This document shows positions 8,716 through 15,687 of a stretch of 41,513 nt of DNA, one piece after another. Positions within the stretch are counted from its first letter, which is position 1; each line of letters starts with the position of its first letter. A program made the translations under genes and the position numbers. The notes under the pieces are model-generated. The model searched no databases and was not told where the DNA came from. It saw only the letters and a list, made by a program, of their open reading frames with translations. Source of the stretch: an uncultured Alcaligenaceae bacterium (GTDB lineage Bacteria; Pseudomonadota; Gammaproteobacteria; Burkholderiales; JACQAP01); NCBI GenBank assembly GCA_964650365.1, contig CAZYTR010000090.1, forward strand, positions 1 to 41,513. The letters run 5' to 3'.

Positions 8716-9075
8716 CTATTTCCCTTTGACAATGGGCACAGTTGGATTGTTAAAGCCATGCCCGATGTAGAGCCTCATATTTGAAAACGTTTCCGACACT
8801 TGCTCAACGAGTGTGGCGAAAAGCCTATTATCCTTTTCCTCGTCGCGCGTTATGTGGCCGTTCTCTGTGCAGATGTAGAGGTCTAGAAGGCCGCCCATAT
8901 TCACCTTCGGAATGTCCTTCTCCATGGCGAGCGCACGATCCACGTCCAGGTCTTTGAGAGCGTCACTTATCGGGTGATAGTACTTGGCCAAATTGACATT
9001 GCAGCGAACGAAAAACGCGATGAGTTCCTCCACCGCGTCTCTGGCGTTCTGTACCTTTTCTTCAAACTCATTCAT
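8716..9075 (-). CDS. hypothetical protein (119 aa), low-G+C
   Basis: ATG-initiated ORF whose codon usage differs from the neighbours. I recognise no family. It is followed on its strand by the 24-bp hairpin. Confidence 0.5.
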   Translation of the reverse strand: MNEFEEKVQNARDAVEELIAFFVRCNVNLAKYYHPISDALKDLDVDRALAMEKDIPKVNMGGLLDLYICTENGHITRDEEKDNRLFATLVEQVSETFSNMRLYIGHGFNNPTVPIVKGK

Positions 9076-9177
9076 CGTTCATCGGGAGATTTTGGCACAT
9101 GCATTCGCGATCGGCGGCCGTGAAGCGGCAGGCGAAGACCCGAGGTTCGCTGCATCGCGCGGTTGGGCGTGGCTTTG

Positions 9178-9585
9178 CTACCCGCTCTTCCGGGTGCCGA
9201 GGGGCGGACGGTTCTTGCGGTAGGAGTTTTTCACGGCGATCTTGCCGTCGCGAAGCGTGAACAGATCGCAGCCCTGGACTTCGACGCGGGTGCCGTCCGC
9301 CCGTGTTCCCGTGAACGTCCACTCCGACACCCCCCGCTCCCCACAGACAAAATGGCGCGCGTTGCCCCAGTGCGCATCGGGGAAGGTTGCCCAGACCTCC
9401 GCGAAGCCAGCCCGCACCGCCTCACGGCCAGCGTACCGGGCGCCGCAGACCTCTGGTCCTGCCGAGGCTTCAAAGACGCAATCCTCCATCATGAACGACA
9501 TGAGGGCTTCGACATCGTGGCGGTTCCATGCATCGGCAAAGGCCTGCAGAAACTCCGTGGTGACCTTCGCAATCGGTTTCGGCAT
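9178..9585 (-). CDS. SnoaL-like / NTF2-superfamily protein
   Basis: An ATG at 9585 is preceded by GAGGGGA. The sequence FLQAFADAWNRHDVEALMSFMMEDCVFE...GCDLFTLRDGKI matches the SnoaL-like polyketide cyclase pattern. Confidence 0.7.
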   Translation of the reverse strand: MPKPIAKVTTEFLQAFADAWNRHDVEALMSFMMEDCVFEASAGPEVCGARYAGREAVRAGFAEVWATFPDAHWGNARHFVCGERGVSEWTFTGTRADGTRVEVQGCDLFTLRDGKIAVKNSYRKNRPPLGTRKSG

Positions 9586-9710
9586 TATCTGTCCCCTCGT
9601 TTCAGTTTCCACTCTTAGTGTAATCGTCTTACGCCGAATGTGGAGCTAGCCGGCGCCCGGAAGTTTGCTGGCGCGCGTCCGCGTTGAGCGAGGGGTTAGG
9701 CGTGACTGGC

Positions 9711-10157
9711 TCAGCCCGGAATCTCGGCCTCGATGAGCTTTGCAAGTAGCGTGAGCGACTCTTGCCAGCCCAAGTAGCAGGCTTCGGTTGGAATGGCTTC
9801 GGGTATGCCTTCCTGCACTACGTTCAACTCTGTTCCGCAGGCGACTTTCGCCAGGGTAACTGTGGTTTTCATCTCTCCGGGCAAGTTGGCATCGTCGAAC
9901 CTGTCCGTGTAGCGCAGGCGCTCGTGCGGCACCAGTTCGAGATATTCACCTCCGAATGTGTGGCTTTGGCCGGTCGAGAAGTTCGTGAACGACATCTTGT
10001 AAGAGCCGCCAACCTTGGCGTCGATGTGGTGGACCCTGCCGGTAAAGCCATTCGGCGGGAGCCACTTGGCCATTGCGTCGGGATCGAGGAACGCGCGATA
10101 GACGCGCTCCGGTGTTGCGCGGAGCACACGATGAAGTCGGACGGTGCCTTTCGACAT
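9711..10157 (-). CDS. SRPBCC-family protein (AHSA1/Aha1-like)
   Basis: An ATG at 10157 gives 148 aa (MSKGTVRLHRVLRATPERVYRAFLDPDAMAKWLPP...GW), a typical activator-of-Hsp90-ATPase-homologue-like START fold. The 277-aa track ORF overlaps the next gene out of frame. Confidence 0.8.
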   Translation of the reverse strand: MSKGTVRLHRVLRATPERVYRAFLDPDAMAKWLPPNGFTGRVHHIDAKVGGSYKMSFTNFSTGQSHTFGGEYLELVPHERLRYTDRFDDANLPGEMKTTVTLAKVACGTELNVVQEGIPEAIPTEACYLGWQESLTLLAKLIEAEIPG

Positions 10158-10245
10158 GACGTGGTCGCCTTTCGATAAGCGATGCGAGAGGGTCCGGTTC
10201 CCGATCTCGCGAGGTGGTTCCCGGACTGCGTGGCGAGCCGCTGGA

Positions 10246-11109
10246 TCAGGCAGCTTCCGTCGATTCCGCGGAAGGCGCGCGCACGATGTAGCCGCCGGAC
10301 TTCTCGTCGTGCTCGAGGTTGAGGTGCCCTCTGATCGCGGCCTCTTCGAGCAGGCTGTTGAAGCTCTTGAATCCGTGATAGGCCTCGTTGAAGCCGGGAT
10401 TGCGGCGCTTGAGCGCCTGCTTGACCATCGAACCCCAGATCTTGTCGTCCCCGCCCCTTTCCGAAACCAGCGCCTCGAAGGTGTTGACCACCAGGTCAAT
10501 CGCCTTCTGCGTCTTGTCGTCTGAGGCCGTGTCCTCGACCTCAACTGGTCCCACGGCGGGCGCCTTCGGCGCGGCTACGGGTTTGGCTGCAGGCTTCTTG
10601 CGCCCGCCACTGCCTCGGCGCGCCTGGCTCTTTTCCCGGACCAGGTCATCGTAGAAGATAAATTCGTCGCAATTGGCGATCAGTAGATCGGAGGTGGAAT
10701 GCTTCACACCCACGCCGATCACTTCCTTGTTGTTCTCGCGCAGCTTGGATACCAGCGGAGAAAAATCGGAATCGCCGCTGACGATCACGAAGGTGTCCAC
10801 ATGCGATTTGGTGTAGCACAGGTCGAGCGCATCCACAACCATGCGGATGTCGGCGGAGTTCTTGCCGGACTGGCGCACATGCGGAATCTCGATCATCTCG
10901 AAGGCGGCCTCGTGCATCGGCGCCTTGAACTCCTTGTAGCGTTCCCAGTCGCAGTAGGCTTTCTTGACGACGATGCTGCCCTTGACCAGCAGGCGCTCGA
11001 GTACTTTCTTCATGTCGAATTTGTCGTACTTCGCTTCGCGCACGCCGAGCGCGATGTTCTCGAAATCGCAGAATACTGCCATGTTGCGTTCGTCATTCTG
11101 TGTGCTCAT
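10246..11109 (-). CDS. NYN-domain (LabA/PIN-like) protein with C-terminal OST-HTH/LOTUS domain
   Basis: The N-terminal 160 aa (AVFCDFENI...DTFVIVSGDSDFSPLVSKLRE.GK.VIGVG) matches the NYN ribonuclease-like domain. A Pro/Ala/Lys linker follows, then a C-terminal ~75 aa resembling LOTUS (GFNEAYHGFKSFNSLLEEA). Confidence 0.8.
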   Translation of the reverse strand: MSTQNDERNMAVFCDFENIALGVREAKYDKFDMKKVLERLLVKGSIVVKKAYCDWERYKEFKAPMHEAAFEMIEIPHVRQSGKNSADIRMVVDALDLCYTKSHVDTFVIVSGDSDFSPLVSKLRENNKEVIGVGVKHSTSDLLIANCDEFIFYDDLVREKSQARRGSGGRKKPAAKPVAAPKAPAVGPVEVEDTASDDKTQKAIDLVVNTFEALVSERGGDDKIWGSMVKQALKRRNPGFNEAYHGFKSFNSLLEEAAIRGHLNLEHDEKSGGYIVRAPSAESTEAA

Positions 11110-11118
11110 AGATGACCC

Positions 11119-11211
11119 AGTGAATGGTGATTAGTGAATCGTGATTAAGTGATTGGCGGCAATTGAGTTACCCAATTCCTTTGAGCACTGAGCACACAGC
11201 ACTCAGCACTC
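11119..11211. repeat. two heptanucleotide tandem arrays (xGTGAWT x5; xAGCACW x4)
   Basis: 11119-11154 reads AGTGAAT GGTGATT AGTGAAT CGTGATT AAGTGATT. 11183-11211 reads GAGCACT GAGCACA CAGCACT CAGCACT C. Both lie between the ltaE stop and the NYN gene start. Confidence 0.8.
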
Positions 11212-11225
11212 GTTTCTGACTTTCT

Positions 11226-12248
11226 TCATGCCGCCTGTGCGAAGAATTCCTTCACCGCGCCGATAAAGCGATCGATGTCGGGCCGGTCAACGTCCAGGTG
11301 GGTCACCAGACGAATGGTGCCCCGCCCGTTGATCAGCATGCCGCGCTCCTTCAGGTACTCGCGCATCGCCACCGAGCGTTGCGGCTCGACCGAGACGTAC
11401 ACCATGTTGGTCTGCGCCCCGCCAGGTGCGACTTTCACTTCGTCAATCCACGAAAGTCCCTCGGCAAGATTGCGCGCATTGTCGTGGTCCTGCGCCAGTC
11501 GTTCGACGTTGTGTTGCAGCGCATAGATGCCCGCGGCGGCGAGAAGGCCAGCCTGGCGCATGCCGCCTCCGACCACTTTACGCCAGCGCCGCGCCTTGGC
11601 GATCAGGTCTTTCGATCCGCACAAAACCGATCCCACCGGCGCGCCCAGGCCCTTGGACAGGCATACCGACACGGAGTCGAACTGTTTGCTGATTTCCATG
11701 ACCGGTACGCCGAGATGCACCGCCGCGTTGAAGATGCGCGCGCCATCCAGGTGCAGACCCAGCCCGCGGCTGCGGGTGAACTCGCGCGCGCGCCTGAGGT
11801 AGTCGAGCGAAAGCACCTTGCCGCCCTGGGTGTTTTCCAGGCACAGCAGTCGCGTCCTGGCGAAATGCGGATCGTCCGGCTTGATCGCCGCCTCGACGCG
11901 ACCCAGGTCGAGCGAGCCGTCCGGCTCGTAGTCGAGCGGCTGCGGCTGGATGCTGCCCAGCACCGCCGCGCCGCCACCCTCGTACTTGTAGGTGTGTCCC
12001 TGCTGGCCGACGATATATTCGTCGCCGCGCTCGCAATGCGACAGCAGCGCCAACAGGTTGCTCTGGGTGCCGCTGCAAACGAAGATCGCGGATTCCTTGC
12101 CGAGCAGCGCTGCACTCATCGCCTCCAGGCGATTAACCGTCGGATCTTCTCCGAAGACATCGTCGCCGACGTCGGCTGCGGCCACGGCGGCGCGCATTTC
12201 CGCTGTTGGTTTGGTGACGGTATCGCTGCGCAGGTCGATGACTTTCAT
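11226..12248 (-). CDS. ltaE: low-specificity L-threonine aldolase
   Basis: 340 aa. The N-terminal IDLRSDTVTKPT..MR.A...A.VGDDV.GEDPTVN.LE and overall PLP-fold pattern are typical of LtaE. Confidence 0.9.
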   Translation of the reverse strand: MKVIDLRSDTVTKPTAEMRAAVAAADVGDDVFGEDPTVNRLEAMSAALLGKESAIFVCSGTQSNLLALLSHCERGDEYIVGQQGHTYKYEGGGAAVLGSIQPQPLDYEPDGSLDLGRVEAAIKPDDPHFARTRLLCLENTQGGKVLSLDYLRRAREFTRSRGLGLHLDGARIFNAAVHLGVPVMEISKQFDSVSVCLSKGLGAPVGSVLCGSKDLIAKARRWRKVVGGGMRQAGLLAAAGIYALQHNVERLAQDHDNARNLAEGLSWIDEVKVAPGGAQTNMVYVSVEPQRSVAMREYLKERGMLINGRGTIRLVTHLDVDRPDIDRFIGAVKEFFAQAA

Positions 12249-12505
12249 GGGAGTGCTCCTGGACTTCGAACGACACCCGGATTGGTCACGCGGGCGGTTT
12301 CTTGTGCGAAACAGAATGTTACACCAGCGGGTAGACCTTTGTTCGCCGGTGCCGAAGCCTGCGGGATATCATTGGCTTGGATGGAGAAAAAGATTCCGAA
12401 GTTCCGCAAGAAGCGCAAGAAGTTCGAGGCTCTGGAGCGATGAACCCCGGCAAGGCGGCCAGCTCACTGACGCGCGGCGCAACCTTCCGCCGCGCCGGGA
12501 GGCGA

Positions 12506-12850
12506 ATGTCCGCGACCGCCATGGTTTTTCTTTGTGTCCTGTGCGCATCCCCCGCGCTTGCGGAACAGAGCATGGTGATCTGGAAGAACCACGAATGCGG
12601 TTTCTTCATCCTGCAAATGAAGTCGGGTTATGGCATTTTCGAATGGATAGACGGGCCGCAGCCAAACAACGGTGACGTTCTGGAAGGTGATTTCAGATCT
12701 TCCGGCGAGCAGCGCGTCGACAACAAGACCGCCGATTTGCCAACCACGATCCTCCTGAATGCGTTTGCTCTGACTCGCAACGCGATCGCAGCCCGCATGC
12801 CGGCGAAGTGCAAAGCATTGACGGACTACGTTCCTTTCGAAGGCCCATGA
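12506..12850 (+). CDS. exported hypothetical protein
   Basis: An ATG at 12506 lies 3 nt after GGGAGG and gives signal peptide MSATAMVFLCVLCASPALA. An alternative ATG at 12440 is preceded by GGAG. No family recognised. Confidence 0.5.
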   Translation: MSATAMVFLCVLCASPALAEQSMVIWKNHECGFFILQMKSGYGIFEWIDGPQPNNGDVLEGDFRSSGEQRVDNKTADLPTTILLNAFALTRNAIAARMPAKCKALTDYVPFEGP

Positions 12851-12857
12851 CACCCCC

Positions 12858-13580
12858 TCATTTGCCGGCCGGCAGGCTTTCAAGCAGGCGCGACAAGGTG
12901 GCGGCACGCATGCTCTCCGGATAATTCCTGAGGAATTCCCCGGCAAGCGCGCGTGCCTTTCGGGAAAAAGCAGCCTGCTCCTGCGCGTCTCGCCCGGCTC
13001 GCGCCGCCTGAACGTAATGGATCGCGAGGATGAAAGAAGTCTCCTCGCGCTCGCCGTGATGCTGATGGATTTTCAACAGCCCCTCACCCAATCTGATCTG
13101 CTCGGCCAGTTGCGCGCGGGTCTGCGCGGCGGGCTGGAGCGGATCGCTGGTAAAGCTGTCGTAGAAGGACCCCTGAAGCAGCCGAAATGCCGCGTCGGCG
13201 GCAACCGGTCCCGATGGTTCCAGTTTCAACGCCTCGCGGTAGTGCTGCACGTTGGCCAGAAAGCGATTCGATTCCGGGGCGAACGCCAGTTCGGCACCGC
13301 GTGCCTTGAGCTCGTTCATGAGGAAATTGGAAGGCAGCCCCTGCACCCGGCCATGCGCAGCCAGATCACGGTTGAGCAGCTCGCGGATCTCGTCAAGAGT
13401 TCTTCCCAGATCCAGATGCGCCCGGGCACGCTGTGTCGCCGGCTCCTTCGAGGCGATCGTCTTTTGCGACTCCGCCACGGCAGCAAGATAGGTTTGGGCC
13501 GATTCTGCGGTGATGAGATCGTGCGCAATCGCATCCAGGGACAGGCCCGCCAGCACAAAGGCAACGAAAGTTCGCCTCAT
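12858..13580 (-). CDS. exported hypothetical protein (alpha-helical)
   Basis: An ATG at 13580 gives MRRTFVAFVLAGLSLDAIA, a signal-like N-terminus. 240 aa, no recognisable family. Confidence 0.5.
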   Translation of the reverse strand: MRRTFVAFVLAGLSLDAIAHDLITAESAQTYLAAVAESQKTIASKEPATQRARAHLDLGRTLDEIRELLNRDLAAHGRVQGLPSNFLMNELKARGAELAFAPESNRFLANVQHYREALKLEPSGPVAADAAFRLLQGSFYDSFTSDPLQPAAQTRAQLAEQIRLGEGLLKIHQHHGEREETSFILAIHYVQAARAGRDAQEQAAFSRKARALAGEFLRNYPESMRAATLSRLLESLPAGK

Positions 13581-13638
13581 CGAGTTACATCGAATTACGG
13601 ACCGCGTTGAAGGCCTGCGCACGCAGCGCAGGGGCGGG

Positions 13639-14202
13639 CTACTGCGCTTCGCGCGGATCGAGAGGCCGTCCCTCGGCGAAAGCCAGTGCGCCTACGTGTG
13701 CGGGTATATCGCCGGCGTCGAACGCCTCGCGCCCGGGGATGGACAGGCCCAGGTTCCCGCCATTCTCCATCAGTGCCTCGGCGAGGAGAAAGCCATGCTG
13801 AGGCAGGAAGTCGTCGCGGCACACCAGTCGATACGCCTCGTTCTGGACCAGCACACGCAGCGGGATCGCCCCGTACTGCCGGAAGGGATCCTCGCCATGA
13901 AACATCGCCAGCGCATTCGGCCGCGACACAACCCCGACCTCCGCCTGCCGGGTCGCGATAAGGCTGGCGATTCGCTGCACGCGCGGCCCTCGCCCGACCA
14001 CGGCCCTGCTGTCGGGCAGGGCACCGCGCACGATTTCGGCGACCTTCTCGCCCAGATCGTCTCCCCCGAGATCGTCACGGCTGGTAAGGATGACCAAGTG
14101 GGTCTCGCGGTAAACCATCCACTGCCGGTAAGGCGAATGGCCGCAAAGCAGAACGCTGCCGCTTGAGGCGGCCGCGAGAGTAAGGAACTGTCGGCGATTC
14201 AT
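13639..14202 (-). CDS. Tat-signal periplasmic hypothetical protein (solute-receptor-like?)
   Basis: An ATG at 14202 gives MNRRQFLTLAAASSGSVLL. The gene lies directly downstream of the formamidase-family gene on the same strand. Resemblance to TAXI/NMT1-type receptors is weak. Confidence 0.45.
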   Translation of the reverse strand: MNRRQFLTLAAASSGSVLLCGHSPYRQWMVYRETHLVILTSRDDLGGDDLGEKVAEIVRGALPDSRAVVGRGPRVQRIASLIATRQAEVGVVSRPNALAMFHGEDPFRQYGAIPLRVLVQNEAYRLVCRDDFLPQHGFLLAEALMENGGNLGLSIPGREAFDAGDIPAHVGALAFAEGRPLDPREAQ

Positions 14203-14331
14203 GATCACCCGCATGTTGTCAGTGCTCGTAGCGCGGCGCCCGAAGTCCGGGTTACTCCCGCAACCGGGCGCCACGGACAATGCAACGAGGGCGGATTTCC
14301 GCCCTCGTGATGCTCCAGGATGCCTGCCGCA

Positions 14332-15585
14332 TTACTTGCGGATATGCTCCAGCGGGCAGATCGTTGAAACGGCATAGTTGGGCACGTCCACGACATTGCC
14401 GATGCGCAGGTCGCAGGCCACGCTGGCATACACATAGGCCTGAACGGGTGTCCAGCCGTAGGTCCTGGCCAGCCAGTCGATCATCTCGTTGAGCGAGCCA
14501 CGCGCGGCTACCGTCAGATCCTCGGACAGATTGATCAGAGGTCCAATCTTGTCGCCATTGAGGTACTTGTGCTGCGGCGGAACCTCTCCGGCTTTCTTGA
14601 TCGGGTAGGCCACGGTCGCATAGAAGCGGTCCGGTTCCAGTTTCTTCAACTGCGAACCGCCTTCGAAATGCGGGCCCGCCTTCATCAGCGAAGCCATGCC
14701 CTTGCGGATCTCGGTGCGCACCGTAACCTTGGCGCCCATTTCGATCGCGGTGCCGGCCACTTCGCCATCACCCTGGGCATAGTGAACGTCACCGACGAAC
14801 AGGCCGCAACCGTCCACATAGCAGGGCAACAGCAGCGTGGTGCCGACCACCATCTGCTTGATGTCCATGTTGCCGCCGTTCTCACGCGGCGGGATGGTGC
14901 GCAGGCACTTGTCCTTGTGGCTGCCGTTGGGACCGCACACGGCCGTCGGTAGCGCGCCCGTAGGCTGCGGCGGCAGCGCGACGCCCCCGGCTTTGCCAAG
15001 TTGCGTCTCGCGCGCCTCCCAGGCATCCACTTCCGGGAAACCCGGCTGCACGCCCACGGTGCCCATGAAACCGTTGAACGGGATTCGCACCCCGGGGAGC
15101 TGGTCCGACACCGCTTCCATGCGGTTCAACTTCCAGTTGGCGATGTATGCCTCGGTGAAGCGATCACGCAGGAAGCCGAAACCCGGCACCACGGTGGTGT
15201 AACCATATTCGTCCGGCTCGATGTCGATCAGCGTTACGGCGAGCACATCGCCGCGCCTGGCGCCCTCGATGTGCACCGGGCCGGTCAGCGGATGTACCAG
15301 GTTCAGGTCGACCGCGCCGACATCCTTCGGCAGCGAGTTGGCATTGAGATCGGAGTCCAGCGCGTCGCGCGTCTCGAAGGTGATCAGCTGGCCGGTCTTG
15401 GCGGTCAGCACAGACTTGATCGCCGGGTGGAAGCGGTTGAAACAGTTAGCGTCGTCCACGCAATGGATGCCCATCTTTTTCACGAGCATCCGGGACTGCG
15501 TCTTGACGTCGGTGGTATCGGCAAAGGCAGCGCCCGCACACAGCCAGGTTACCGCCATCGACAGAAACAGCAATTTCCGGTTCAT
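14332..15585 (-). CDS. acetamidase/formamidase-family amidohydrolase with signal peptide
   Basis: 417 aa. The FmdA_AmdA-type pattern includes TGPV.I.GA..GD.L.V.I and PRENGGNMD. The N-terminus MNRKLLFLSMAVTWLCAGAAFA looks like a Sec signal. Confidence 0.8.
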   Translation of the reverse strand: MNRKLLFLSMAVTWLCAGAAFADTTDVKTQSRMLVKKMGIHCVDDANCFNRFHPAIKSVLTAKTGQLITFETRDALDSDLNANSLPKDVGAVDLNLVHPLTGPVHIEGARRGDVLAVTLIDIEPDEYGYTTVVPGFGFLRDRFTEAYIANWKLNRMEAVSDQLPGVRIPFNGFMGTVGVQPGFPEVDAWEARETQLGKAGGVALPPQPTGALPTAVCGPNGSHKDKCLRTIPPRENGGNMDIKQMVVGTTLLLPCYVDGCGLFVGDVHYAQGDGEVAGTAIEMGAKVTVRTEIRKGMASLMKAGPHFEGGSQLKKLEPDRFYATVAYPIKKAGEVPPQHKYLNGDKIGPLINLSEDLTVAARGSLNEMIDWLARTYGWTPVQAYVYASVACDLRIGNVVDVPNYAVSTICPLEHIRK

Positions 15586-15687
15586 GGTGTTCCCCCCCCG
15601 TTATCGAGTTCTTATGATCGATGAATCGCGTGAAGCAGTGGTCACTATGAAACGCAGCTAGTCCGGTGTCAACCGCTCCAATCACTG

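Noticed and set aside
12381-12443. 20-codon upstream ORF (MEKKIPKFRKKRKKFEALER) whose stop overlaps the ATG at 12440 (ATGA), suggesting a leader peptide.
   Set aside because: There is no convincing SD in front of it. The downstream gene more likely starts at 12506 behind GGGAGG. A Lys/Arg-rich 20-mer is easily produced by chance in the purine-rich stretch aagaagcgcaagaag.
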